A stretch of 64,000 bases of DNA, taken from assembly GCA_965261715.1 (NCBI GenBank), contig OZ253471.1, positions 560,763 to 624,762 of the forward strand. The letters are read 5' to 3'. The notes beneath the pieces are model-generated. The model made no database searches. It was not told the origin of the DNA and saw only the letters and a program-made list of their open reading frames with translations. This document shows, one piece after another, positions 9,938 through 19,020 of this stretch. Within the stretch, counting starts at the first letter, position 1. Each line of letters begins with the position of its first letter. This DNA is from Dehalococcoidia bacterium. GTDB lineage: Bacteria; Chloroflexota; Dehalococcoidia; Bin125. A program made the translations under genes and the position numbers.

Positions 9938-10569
9938 AGGAGGCGGGGCTGGTAGCCACGATCCCTCAAAGAGGCAATGTGAAGTCCAAAGACCAGAGAC
10001 GACCATGGGTCCATGCGTTTGCGCAACGAATGGAGTTCTGGTTCGCGGCATAGCAGTCCTGCATACTTGGAATTCGCCGAGAACTCTTCGGCTGCCGTGG
10101 GACGCACTGCGCCTGCAACTACAACTTCATGGACGATACCGATGTGTCGCGACGATTGGGGGGTGGCGCCATCGACGACCACGCCGATCGGTTCAACGCA
10201 TTTCGGCGGCTCGGTCGCCAACTCCTCAGAGATTTCGCGCAGAAGCGTGGAACGGACGAGATAGGAGAATCCTGGATTCCCAGGTTCCCAATCGATGTGT
10301 CCGCCAACCACCATGCTGATCCTCGACTGCAAGTCGGAGCGGCCCTCTCGGATTCGGCGGAAGACGTAGTACCCGCCGTTCATGCCGCGCACGAGTGCAC
10401 ACGGGATCGGCTGAACGAATTCGTCAGAAGATTCGGCCTCGTGTCTGGGCAGCCAGATCATGCCCGCGTCAGCTGCCTCAATGAGCCATTCAGCGGATGC
10501 CCAAGGAGTGAAGGCAGGCCGGTCCGTCAGCCAGAGACGGGGTAGACAGAGAACTTGCTGCTGAGCCAT
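9934..10569 (-). CDS. Nudix-like hydrolase (degenerate Nudix box)
   Basis: 211 aa. 'GGHIDWEPGNPGF...LLREISEELA' resembles the G-x5-E-x7-REUxEExGU Nudix signature but with non-canonical spacing. Its stop overlaps the convergent MoaD-like stop (CTAG). Confidence 0.45.
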   Translation of the reverse strand: MAQQQVLCLPRLWLTDRPAFTPWASAEWLIEAADAGMIWLPRHEAESSDEFVQPIPCALVRGMNGGYYVFRRIREGRSDLQSRISMVVGGHIDWEPGNPGFSYLVRSTLLREISEELATEPPKCVEPIGVVVDGATPQSSRHIGIVHEVVVAGAVRPTAAEEFSANSKYAGLLCREPELHSLRKRMDPWSSLVFGLHIASLRDRGYQPRLL

Positions 10570-10577
10570 GGCAACGC

Positions 10578-11318
10578 CTAGCCTTCCTCAATCGGGCTGG
10601 TCTCGAAAATGTTGAGGATGGTGTCTACGACGCCAGTAGCGGTCGTCAACGGCGTTGTCTCCTGTGTGCTGCTCGTGTCGATTCTCGTGAAGCCACTGAA
10701 AGAACTAGAGAATCTGCGTTCGACCTCCGCATACGCTTCATTCAGCTGCGTCAGAAACGTCTCGTTCATCGCTTGGCCAGGTTCGTCAATGAGTTTGTCG
10801 CTGTTCTCTCGGATCATTGATGTTTGGGGATCGGTAGTGAACAGCAACACGGCATCGATTTTCTTGCGCCAATGCTCGATTTGCAGAAAGCTCTGCACCT
10901 GGTCGCGTTCCTGCTCTGTGATTGTGTTTCGGGTCGCGAGCAGTTCGAACCATGCGAGCGCATCGAACAATCCGCGGTCCAAGATTGCTAGCGCGTACTG
11001 GTCGGAGCCGTGAAGTCCCTCAAGAACGTGCATCAGCGCGTAGGAAGCAGACCACGTGTTGAAGGCCATGAGATCGTCCTTCAAGAAGTAAGGAGTTCTC
11101 CTGGAAGCGCCCTCTGCCGGAGCCAGCACCTTGATGTCGCAGCGGCGGAAGAAATGGCGAACGATCTCAATGCATGAACTCTTTCCGCTCTTCGGCGTTC
11201 CTGCAAACTCCACAAAGACAGGTTGGGTTCGAGGATGGGCTTTCAACTGGCTCGAGACAGCTTGGGCGCGTTCTACGAGCTCCACTTTGTCCGTCATCGA
11301 GTGCTCCGCCTCAGGCAA
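10578..11318 (-). CDS. P-loop NTPase, probable nucleoside/nucleotide kinase-like protein
   Basis: 246 aa with Walker A 'GTPKSGKSS'. A later 'ILDRGLFDALAWF' segment is reminiscent of the ERS/DR motifs of dNK-type kinases. Sits 9 nt upstream of the Nudix-like gene on the same strand. Confidence 0.55.
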   Translation of the reverse strand: MPEAEHSMTDKVELVERAQAVSSQLKAHPRTQPVFVEFAGTPKSGKSSCIEIVRHFFRRCDIKVLAPAEGASRRTPYFLKDDLMAFNTWSASYALMHVLEGLHGSDQYALAILDRGLFDALAWFELLATRNTITEQERDQVQSFLQIEHWRKKIDAVLLFTTDPQTSMIRENSDKLIDEPGQAMNETFLTQLNEAYAEVERRFSSSFSGFTRIDTSSTQETTPLTTATGVVDTILNIFETSPIEEG

Positions 11319-11375
11319 CTTGTGCTCTCAAGTCTACTAGCACAAGCGGTCTTATTGTTGCGTGCTTTGCCAATT

Positions 11376-12608
11376 TCATTTCGAATTACTGGTCAGCACC
11401 GCGATTGAGGCTGTGAATCCGTGGAGGTAGTTTTCTCCTCCGACTGGTCCGATTTCTCCGTTGCAGAAGAAGCCGGCGGTTGGCACGGGACCGAAGATAT
11501 CGGACAGCGCCGTCGCGTCGTGATCGGGCTCACCGAAGAGCCCTCGGCCGCGGCCGTTGCAGGAGCAGAGCAGCGCTCCCAGAACCTCTTCCTCGGGATT
11601 GAGCGCGTCGCGCAAGTCTGACAAGCGGGTTCGCAAGTCATCATCGGCGGCCTGGGCGTCACGGAACTGGAATTGGAAGGTCTGGCCGACTCTGGGGATC
11701 GCGTTAATCGCGACGGTCCCTGCCTCGCGGTCGGCGCCCATGACGTTTCGGATCAGGAAGTCGCCGCGTTCGTGCGATTCCTTGTACTCGTCCATGGCCA
11801 GACCGACGAGCAGGTTGCGGGCAGCTCGCTCGCGAGTGGATTCATCCAGCGCAGAGAGAGTTTCTTGCAGCACTTCCAGCGCCGGGCGCGAGCCTAGCGA
11901 TTTGACGGTGTTCGCCTCGCATTCGGTCACGATCCACGGCTGACCAAGCGGCTCCGCACCTTGCGCGACCACGGGGCGCACTGAGACGCCTCGGAGTCCC
12001 ATCATCGCCGCCCCGGCCATGAGCGCTTGGTCGTCGATGAATACCGCGCAACCCTGCTGTTGTCGATGGGACGACGCCATCCCGCCGAGCAGCACGATCT
12101 CCGGTCGCAGCTTCTGCAGGTGCGAAACGAGCTGGTCGGTCATGATTGTGAACGGATTGCTGAACAGCAACCAGACTTCGGGGCCGTCCTCGATCGGAGC
12201 AAAGAGGTCGTCGGGCATGGTCTCGGGATCAATGGCAATCGGCGTCAGTTCTGCTCCGGGCAGCGACAGTCCCAACACGGCGATCGCCGAGCCCTCTTCC
12301 GCCTCCAGCGACGACCCGATCACGCTCTGACCCGACGCGCCGATCAGGTGGCGAGCGCCTGTCTCTTGCTTCAGTCGCGCGATAATTTCCGCGTAATGGC
12401 CGGTGTGGCGCGAGTCGACGAACACCAACAACAGGTCCGGAGTGGTCGTCAGATCCATGCCGCGCAAGGCGGAGTCGCAGGCTGCTTCCCACTCTGCTTC
12501 GAAGGCGACTGCGGCCGATGCTCCTGCGGTCGACATCTGCACTGTGGCCTGTCCAGGACCGCTCGAGCGACGAATCGTCTCGTCGGATGTTGACGGTTGG
12601 TTAGACAT
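11376..12608 (-). CDS. FIST-domain signal-transduction protein
   Basis: 410 aa whose overall pattern is FIST_N / FIST_C-like (...LLLVFVD..., ...FFCNGEIGPV...). This is a sensory-domain-only protein. Confidence 0.65.
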   Translation of the reverse strand: MSNQPSTSDETIRRSSGPGQATVQMSTAGASAAVAFEAEWEAACDSALRGMDLTTTPDLLLVFVDSRHTGHYAEIIARLKQETGARHLIGASGQSVIGSSLEAEEGSAIAVLGLSLPGAELTPIAIDPETMPDDLFAPIEDGPEVWLLFSNPFTIMTDQLVSHLQKLRPEIVLLGGMASSHRQQQGCAVFIDDQALMAGAAMMGLRGVSVRPVVAQGAEPLGQPWIVTECEANTVKSLGSRPALEVLQETLSALDESTRERAARNLLVGLAMDEYKESHERGDFLIRNVMGADREAGTVAINAIPRVGQTFQFQFRDAQAADDDLRTRLSDLRDALNPEEEVLGALLCSCNGRGRGLFGEPDHDATALSDIFGPVPTAGFFCNGEIGPVGGENYLHGFTASIAVLTSNSK

Positions 12609-12664
12609 TTGAACGTTCCGTTCGCTGAGGGTGCAGCTAGCAATCCAAAGGGTAACCTGCGGGT

Positions 12665-13672
12665 ATGACTACCATGACCGATACTTCCGAACCAACCGAC
12701 AAATCAGATTTATCCGACTTGCCTGATCAACCGCTGCCCCCCGGCGACGATCTTGATGAAATAGCCAAAGCCGCGCGAGCCCTCGCGCAGCGCGGCGGCG
12801 ACATCCTGATGGACCGCTTCCACGCCACAATCGAGATCTCATTCAAGGGCCAGAACGCTCACGACCCCGTGACTGAGGTTGACCACGCGATCGAAGACAT
12901 GATCCGCGACGAGGTGCATCGCACGTTCCCTGAGCATGGAGTGCTCGGTGAAGAGCGAGACAACGGCGGTCCACTTGACGCCGAAATTGTGTGGGTGGTT
13001 GATCCGCTCGACGGCACAACCAACTTCATCAATGGCATCGGCCTGTTTGCATGTTCGATCGGGATTCTTCACAACGGGACGCCGATCGCGGGAGCGCTTT
13101 GGCTACCGACCAATCGGTTCCTGACTCCTGGCGTGTACCACTCCAAAACAGGATACGGTCTGATGTTCAATGGCGAACTGGTGGACTGCGGCGCGCCGGC
13201 GCTCCAGGCAGCCTCGCGATTGAGCACTGTGCCTGCCGGAACCGGCGGCGTGACTGGTCCTGCGGGGCGACGCTTCGGCATCGCCCGAACATTCGGCAGC
13301 ACAGCGACCGAGTTGGCGCTGGCGGCCGAGGGCTCAGTGCAGATGGCGTTGTTCGATGGCGCGCGGATCTGGGATGTCGCCGGTGGTGTTTCCTTATGCG
13401 TTGCTGCAGGAAGGGCCGTCTACACCAAGACGAGACGCAGCGAAGAACGTTGGCGACCGTTCACGCGGTTCTGCGACAGAATCGACGGTCCGCCCCACAT
13501 GGAGCAGCTACGCAAGTGGAGCGATCCGCTGGTTGCGGGCGACCCGTCGGTGCTGCCGGAATCGGCGACGGCGCTGAAGAAGGAGCAGAGCGTCGCGGCG
13601 ACCGCCAAGCGGGCGGCCGTCAAGAGCGTGAAGCGAGCCTTCCCGAATCTGCCGCTGCCGTCGTATCCCTAG
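12665..13672 (+). CDS. Inositol monophosphatase-family protein
   Basis: 335 aa with the metal-binding motifs 'WVVDPLDGTTNFINGIGLFA' and 'WDVAGG' characteristic of the IMPase/SuhB family. Confidence 0.8.
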   Translation: MTTMTDTSEPTDKSDLSDLPDQPLPPGDDLDEIAKAARALAQRGGDILMDRFHATIEISFKGQNAHDPVTEVDHAIEDMIRDEVHRTFPEHGVLGEERDNGGPLDAEIVWVVDPLDGTTNFINGIGLFACSIGILHNGTPIAGALWLPTNRFLTPGVYHSKTGYGLMFNGELVDCGAPALQAASRLSTVPAGTGGVTGPAGRRFGIARTFGSTATELALAAEGSVQMALFDGARIWDVAGGVSLCVAAGRAVYTKTRRSEERWRPFTRFCDRIDGPPHMEQLRKWSDPLVAGDPSVLPESATALKKEQSVAATAKRAAVKSVKRAFPNLPLPSYP

Positions 13673-13699
13673 CGCCGCGTTTCCGCTCAGAGAGCTCTT

Positions 13700-14040
13700 T
13701 GCGTAAGTCCCCTTCTCCCCCCTTGCGGGGGAGATGCCGAAGGCAGAGGGGGGGACTCCCCATCTCAATGCCTGTCTGGTCGCTGGCCGAGCCCCCCCTC
13801 TCTGTCACTCCGTGACAACTCCCCCCGCAAGGAGACCTTTGAATAAGTCCCCTTCGCCCCCCTTGCGGGGGAGATGCCGAAGGCAGAGGGGGGGCTCCCC
13901 ATCTCAAGGCCTATCTGGTCGCTGGCGGCGGACCCCCCCTGTCACTCCGTGACATCTCCCCCCGCAAGGGGGGGAGAGGGGAATCATGAGTTTTTCGAAG
14001 GTCTCCGCAAGGGGGGAGAGGGGATAGGCGAGTTTTGCAA
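13700..14040. repeat. GC-rich palindromic tandem repeat (140-bp unit, about 2.4 copies)
   Basis: The unit 'ccccttgcgggggagatgccgaaggcagaggggggg(a/c)tccccatctcaa...gtcactccgtgaca(a/t)ctccccccgcaagg...' is seen directly. Exact 140-bp spacing (13721 vs 13861). Contains perfect hairpins with GCAA/TTGC loops. Lies between convergent gene ends. Confidence 0.8.
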
Positions 14041-14048
14041 AGGCCTCT

Positions 14049-14972
14049 TCAGGCGTGGACGACCGGTAGGACCTCATCGAACAGGCGCTGGGACTGATAC
14101 ATGATCGCGTCGTCGCCGCGAGCTAGCGGCCGCATGATGAACTTGCTGACCCCAGCTTCGCGATATTCGTTGACTCTGCTCAGAATGTCCTCGGCGCTGC
14201 CGACAGCCAGGTAGGTGTCCGGGTTGATCTCGGGCAGTCGAGCCTTGATTCCGGCGATCTGCGCCTGCACATCGTGGTCGTCCCACGAGCCGAAGTGGTA
14301 GCCGAAGCCGGCGCCGAAGTGGTCTGGCTCATAGTCGGTGCGGCCCGCCTCAGCGAGCGCGGCCTTGATCTGGTCGATCACGGGCTTGACTTCGTGCGCC
14401 GACTGAATCCCCGCGACCCAACCGGTTCCGATCCGCGCGGTCCGGCGGATCGCCGCTTTGCTCGCGCCGCCGATCCAGAGCGGCAGCGGGTCCTGCACCG
14501 GTCGCGGCGAGATCGAGGCATTGTCGTATTGGAAATGCTCGCCGTGATAGGTGAACGATTCCTCGTTCCACAGTCCGTTGATGACGTCCAGCATCTCGTC
14601 GGCGATCGGGCCGCGACCGCGCATCGTACGGTTGGTCACTTTCCATTCCGGGGCGAACGCGCCACCCACGCCGAACGCCGGCAGCATGCGACCGTTGGAG
14701 AGAAAGTCAATCGTCGCGCACTGCTTGGCCAGCACCAGCGGGTCGCGGAAGCCGACGACGACGACGTTCATGCCAAACTTCAGCTTCTCGGTCCGCGCGG
14801 CCATCGCGGCCATGAAGGTCATCGACTCGAGCATCGGCTGGGTCGAGATCAGGCGGTCGGTTTGCCAGATCGAATCGACATTGTGCTCTTCGCAGAGGTC
14901 GATCCAGCGCCACATGGTGGCCACGTCGGAGAAGGGGAAGTTGGCCAGTCCCATTCCGATCCGGTCGCTCAT
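14049..14972 (-). CDS. LLM-class (luciferase-like) flavin-dependent oxidoreductase, probably F420-dependent
   Basis: 307 aa. The TIM-barrel LLM pattern is present (GMGLANFPF..., GRMLPAFGVGG, KFIMRP). Confidence 0.8.
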   Translation of the reverse strand: MSDRIGMGLANFPFSDVATMWRWIDLCEEHNVDSIWQTDRLISTQPMLESMTFMAAMAARTEKLKFGMNVVVVGFRDPLVLAKQCATIDFLSNGRMLPAFGVGGAFAPEWKVTNRTMRGRGPIADEMLDVINGLWNEESFTYHGEHFQYDNASISPRPVQDPLPLWIGGASKAAIRRTARIGTGWVAGIQSAHEVKPVIDQIKAALAEAGRTDYEPDHFGAGFGYHFGSWDDHDVQAQIAGIKARLPEINPDTYLAVGSAEDILSRVNEYREAGVSKFIMRPLARGDDAIMYQSQRLFDEVLPVVHA

Positions 14973-14999
14973 GGTCGGTACCTCCAGCTTTGCTTTTGT

Positions 15000-15689
15000 T
15001 TATGCCTTCAGGCTAAACGGTGGGTAGCGGTCGGTGATCAGCATGGCCATGTAAGCCCCGACGCGGATCGCGTAGCGATTGACTCCCACCACGTAGTCGA
15101 ATAGCTGTCGGGGATACCGCCCCGTCGCCAGGATCGCGAACCAGGCAACGATGATCGCCAGCAGCGCGACCACCCCTGCAATGACCAACACGACGTAATG
15201 CGGAATGGCAAGTAGCCACTTGACGATGGGAAGGAAACGGTTCAACTGTTCCGCGTCAGGATAATCCAGATCCAGATGTACCGACTGCTCGTCGTCCGTT
15301 GCCGGATACTTGTCGGTGAGCAGCGAGGCGTAGGCCAGGATCCGCGTCTCAAAGCGCATCAGCTCGAGCAGGAAGTCGAACCACCAGCGCGGGTACTTGC
15401 CTCGGAACAGCAGCATCAGGACCAACGGCAGGAAGAAGGCGGCCGCGTAGCCGCCGCTCCAGTCGTCGCCTGATATCCAGCCTTCGGATGCAAAATAGAG
15501 GAAAATCGCCGGCGCCGCGGGCAACAGCGCCGAGACAATCAGAATCGGAATGATGAACGGGAGTCGCAGCAGGGTGCTGAGACGTTCCAGGCTCTCGGGA
15601 TAGTCGACTTCCAGTCGGGCCGGATACCGGTCGGGTGAGTGTTCCACAGAGTGTTCCTCCCTGTCGGCTGACGCGGGGTTATCACGCAC
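15000..15689 (-). CDS. Membrane protein with repeated (G/D)RYP motifs (DUF4389-like, from memory)
   Basis: 229 aa with two hydrophobic segments and three 'K/RYP' motifs (DKYPATDD, GRYPRQLFDY, DRYPPFSL). The domain name is a recollection, not a search result. Confidence 0.45.
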   Translation of the reverse strand: MRDNPASADREEHSVEHSPDRYPARLEVDYPESLERLSTLLRLPFIIPILIVSALLPAAPAIFLYFASEGWISGDDWSGGYAAAFFLPLVLMLLFRGKYPRWWFDFLLELMRFETRILAYASLLTDKYPATDDEQSVHLDLDYPDAEQLNRFLPIVKWLLAIPHYVVLVIAGVVALLAIIVAWFAILATGRYPRQLFDYVVGVNRYAIRVGAYMAMLITDRYPPFSLKA

Positions 15690-15744
15690 AGCGTGTGAGC
15701 GGGAGCCAAAGGTAACAGGAGCGCGGCAGCAGTTGGCAGCACGG

Positions 15745-16155
15745 CTAGGGAAGGGGACGGATCACGGACAGGAACCGTCGCCAGCTGCGCCGCGGCGATT
15801 CCCCACATCGTTGGAAGGTTGGAATCTGATCGAGCAGCGACGATAGCTTGACGTTCTCCAAACGGCCGATCTGTTTCTTCAGCCGAGTACGTTTGACCGT
15901 GATGATCTTGTCGATCATGAGCCAACTCAGCCTGTCGAGGCCGTTTTGTTGCGTCGGCTGAACCGGCTGGCGAAAGAGCGGAGCTTCTTGAGAGTCAGGA
16001 TTGCTCGTGAAGAGACAGACTGTCACCGACTCAAGAGCCGAAAAGTACTCATGTTGAAGCACGACGCCCGGTCGTCCTTTGGACGTGTAGTCGCCGCCGC
16101 CTTCTACGAACCAGATCTGACCGCAGGTCGCGGGATCCCTGGTCGATTGGTTCAT
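15745..16155 (-). CDS. PemK/MazF-family endoribonuclease toxin homolog
   Basis: ATG at 16155 gives 'MNQSTRDPATCGQIWFVEGGGDYTSKGRPGVVLQHEYFSALESVTVCLFTSNP...IDKIITVKRTRLKKQIGRL', which matches the MazF/Kid pattern (GxIwxVdf...K.RPxvVlq...TvvvxplTS...idqirTvdk.RL.k.iGxL). The ORF track's TTG start at 16167 is replaced by the in-frame ATG. Confidence 0.65.
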   Translation of the reverse strand: MNQSTRDPATCGQIWFVEGGGDYTSKGRPGVVLQHEYFSALESVTVCLFTSNPDSQEAPLFRQPVQPTQQNGLDRLSWLMIDKIITVKRTRLKKQIGRLENVKLSSLLDQIPTFQRCGESPRRSWRRFLSVIRPLP

Positions 16156-16416
16156 TAAGGCTGTCAACGAACGCTACATCCTCTGCCTCCTGCGGGCTAT
16201 GAGCGATCAGCATCGATTGGCGGCGGGCTTCCACGGCGAATGCGGGGTGAGCTGGGTCGGGCAATCTTGGATCGGCTACGCGGGACCGGCGGCTGAATAG
16301 ACGCGAGAACCGTTCGCGTCCACGCCGGAGGGACAGTATCGCGTTCGGGTAAACGGCCACTGGACTCTCCTTAACTGCCGATGCTTGTCGAACGTACGCC
16401 TGCACAAATGCCGATG

Positions 16417-16968
16417 TCAAGAAGTCCCATCGGTGTCCAGGCGCATCGGACGCTGCCAGAATCCGACATCCCAATAACGGTCGAACTTGCGACCGGCTTC
16501 CTTCCATACGCCTGTGAGCGCGTATCCGCGACTCTCGGTCAGGGCGACTGAGGCTTCGTTGGGCAGTGTGATCAGGGCGAACAATTGATGCAGTTCATCG
16601 ACCTTAAGCAGTTCGTCATACAGCGCACTCCAGAGCCTGGTTCCGAGGCCGCGGCCGACCACACCCGGCAACAGGTACACGCTGGTCGCGACGCTGCTGT
16701 TGTATGCGGCCTTGGGATAGAGCGGGCTGGAATAGGAGTGGCCGACGATGCGGCCGTCCGTCTCGACGGCGACCATGACACGATACGGCCCGGTATCGGA
16801 ATAGTTCGCGAACCACTGGCGCTTGGTCTCGACCGTGTGCGGCTCGGTGTCGAAGGTCGCCGGTGAGGTGAGAATGTAGTGGTTGTACAACTCGGCGAGT
16901 TGTTGCACGTCGGCGTCGACGGCTGAGCGGATCGTGAGAGCGTCGGTCATGGGAGCATCCGTGTGCAT
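16417..16968 (-). CDS. GNAT N-acetyltransferase (phosphinothricin acetyltransferase-like)
   Basis: 183 aa. 'IRSAVDADVQQLAELYNHYI...TFDTEP' and 'VGRGLGTRL' (acetyl-CoA binding Q/RxxGxG/A) are typical of the PAT/bar-type GNAT family. Confidence 0.8.
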   Translation of the reverse strand: MHTDAPMTDALTIRSAVDADVQQLAELYNHYILTSPATFDTEPHTVETKRQWFANYSDTGPYRVMVAVETDGRIVGHSYSSPLYPKAAYNSSVATSVYLLPGVVGRGLGTRLWSALYDELLKVDELHQLFALITLPNEASVALTESRGYALTGVWKEAGRKFDRYWDVGFWQRPMRLDTDGTS

Positions 16969-17034
16969 AGAAACGCGAAACGGCGGATCCGCAGATCCGC
17001 CGTCAGCGTAAGTGAACTGCGATTGGTCGACGAA

Positions 17035-17943
17035 TTACCCGCCGACGACGTTGCCGGCTTCGATCGCGGGTCGGAAGACGCGTTCCATTTCCTCGGCAGC
17101 GCGTTCGACCGTCCACATCTCGGTGCCGCTCAATTCGCGGATCAATTTGTACTGGCTGTAGAGTCCGATGTCGTAGCCCATCGCACGGATGACCTGGCCG
17201 TTAAGCCAGTCCGACTGATCGGAAGCCATGTAGGCGATCGGAACCGCGACGTTGGCCGGTGAGCGGCGCGGGTCGACGATGGCCTCAGAGTCTTCGTCGA
17301 AGCCGCGGCTGCGCCGCTCCTCGGGCACCGTGTCGGTCATCCGCGTCGATGCGCCTGGGCCGATCGCGTTCGAGGTCACGCCGTAGCGTCCGAGTGCGTT
17401 GGCGCAGCTATAGGTGAAGCCAACGATGCCGAGCTTGGCCGCGGCGTAGTTGGGCTGACCAGGAGCGCCGTGCAAGCCCGAGCCGGACGTGAAGTTAATC
17501 AGCCGGTAGTGGCCCTCGCGGTTCGCGCGCCAGTAGATCGAGGCGTACTTCGTCGTGTTGAAGGTGCCCTTCATATGCACCGCGACGACGGCGTCCCATT
17601 CCGCTTCGGTCATGTTGAAGACCATGCGGTCGCGCAGGTTGCCGGCGACGTTGACCAGGATGTCCAGCCGACCATACTCATCCAGCGCTTGTTGGATGAT
17701 GCCTTCGGCTGCGTCGTAGTCGGCGACCGAGTTGTAGTTGGCGACGGCGTCGCCGCCGGCGTCGCGGATCGCTGCGACGGTTTCGTCGGACGGGCCGGCC
17801 TCGCCGCCCGTGCCGTCAACCGCTCCGCCGAGGTCGTTGACGACGACCTGGGCCCCGTTGGCGGCAAGCAGTTTGGCGACTTCCGAACCGATCCCGCGAC
17901 CGGCGCCGGTCACGATTGCGACACGATTGTCAAGCAATGCCAT
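17035..17943 (-). CDS. SDR-family oxidoreductase (MFE-2 dehydrogenase-like), paralog 1
   Basis: 302 aa with TGAGRGIG Rossmann motif and YxxxK catalytic motif (YAAAK). Confidence 0.85.
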   Translation of the reverse strand: MALLDNRVAIVTGAGRGIGSEVAKLLAANGAQVVVNDLGGAVDGTGGEAGPSDETVAAIRDAGGDAVANYNSVADYDAAEGIIQQALDEYGRLDILVNVAGNLRDRMVFNMTEAEWDAVVAVHMKGTFNTTKYASIYWRANREGHYRLINFTSGSGLHGAPGQPNYAAAKLGIVGFTYSCANALGRYGVTSNAIGPGASTRMTDTVPEERRSRGFDEDSEAIVDPRRSPANVAVPIAYMASDQSDWLNGQVIRAMGYDIGLYSQYKLIRELSGTEMWTVERAAEEMERVFRPAIEAGNVVGG

Positions 17944-17980
17944 GATGTTGATTCCTTCCCATTGCTCCGAACAGAATCGA

Positions 17981-18889
17981 CTAACCGAAGAATCCGCCGC
18001 CGCCTGCGACGGCCGGCTTGAACAGTTCTTCCATCTGCTCGCCCGCGCCTTCGACGCTCCAGCGCTCGGTGCCGCGCACCTGGCGAATCACGGCGGGCTT
18101 GTTGAAGAGCTGCAGCTCGTACCCTGAAGCGCCGATGATCTGACCGTTGAGCCAGTCCGACTGCTCGGAGGCCATGTAGACCAGCGGCACCGCGACGTTC
18201 GCTGGTGAGCGCTCCGGGTCTTCCTCGGTCGAGTCGCCGATGTCGCTGCCCGCGCGCCGTCGATCCTCGGGAACGGTGTCGGTCATACGGGTCGAGGCGC
18301 CCGGCGAGATCGCATTAGCGGTCGCGCCGTAGCGCGGCAGCGCGTTGGCGCAGCTATAGGTGAAGCCGACGATGCCCATCTTGGCCGCCGCGTAGTTGGG
18401 CTGGCCGGGTGCGCCGAAGATGCCGGAGACCGACGAGAAGTTGATCAGTCGGTAGTGACCCTTGCGCTCGGAGCGCCAGTGGATCGAGGCGTACTTGGCC
18501 AGGTTGAAGTGACCCTTCATGTGCACATCGACAACGGCGTCCCATTCCGCCTCGGTCATGTTGAAGACCATGCGGTCGCGCAGGATACCCGCCGTGTTGA
18601 CAACGATGTCGAGGTCGCCGAAGTTGTCCAGCGCATCCTTGACGATGCTCTCGGCGGCGTTGTAGTCGGCGACCGAGGCGTAGTTGGCGACGGCTTCGCC
18701 GCCTGCGTCGCGGATGGCCGCAACCACTTCATCGGCGGGCGCCGCAGCGCCGCCGGAACCGTCAACGGCGCCACCGAGGTCGTTGACCACGATCTTCGCG
18801 CCTTGTGAAGCAAACAGCTTGGCCGTCTCGGCCCCAATTCCACGTCCGGCGCCGGTGACAATCGCCACTCGGCCGTCAAGCATCCCCAT
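17981..18889 (-). CDS. SDR-family oxidoreductase, paralog 2 (tandem duplicate)
   Basis: 302 aa that can be aligned end-to-end with 17035..17943, about 70% identical by eye. Same TGAGRGIG and YAAAK motifs. Confidence 0.85.
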   Translation of the reverse strand: MGMLDGRVAIVTGAGRGIGAETAKLFASQGAKIVVNDLGGAVDGSGGAAAPADEVVAAIRDAGGEAVANYASVADYNAAESIVKDALDNFGDLDIVVNTAGILRDRMVFNMTEAEWDAVVDVHMKGHFNLAKYASIHWRSERKGHYRLINFSSVSGIFGAPGQPNYAAAKMGIVGFTYSCANALPRYGATANAISPGASTRMTDTVPEDRRRAGSDIGDSTEEDPERSPANVAVPLVYMASEQSDWLNGQIIGASGYELQLFNKPAVIRQVRGTERWSVEGAGEQMEELFKPAVAGGGGFFG

Positions 18890-19020
18890 GTGGTGTTCCT
18901 CTCAGCCCGCAGCGCTATTTATTGAAGCTCGCGGAAAAAATTCACAGGTGGGCACAGGTTACCATCGCGCGTTCGACTTCCCCCTTGGAGGCTGTCCAGG
19001 AAGTCGTCATACCTCAAATT

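Noticed and set aside
13700-14040. Possible CRISPR array, because of the regularly repeated GC-rich palindromic units here and at 45530-45956.
   Set aside because: The units are 140-157 bp long (not 24-48 bp). They are internally palindromic with no unique spacers of regular length, and no cas genes are nearby. They fit REP/MITE-like tandem elements instead.
16049-16507. 152-aa ORF upstream of and overlapping mazF, considered as the missing antitoxin.
   Set aside because: It is Arg-rich and low-complexity. It overlaps both the GNAT 3' end and about 100 nt of mazF in another frame. It has no AbrB/RHH/Phd-like features. It is kept only as a caveat in the mazF finding.
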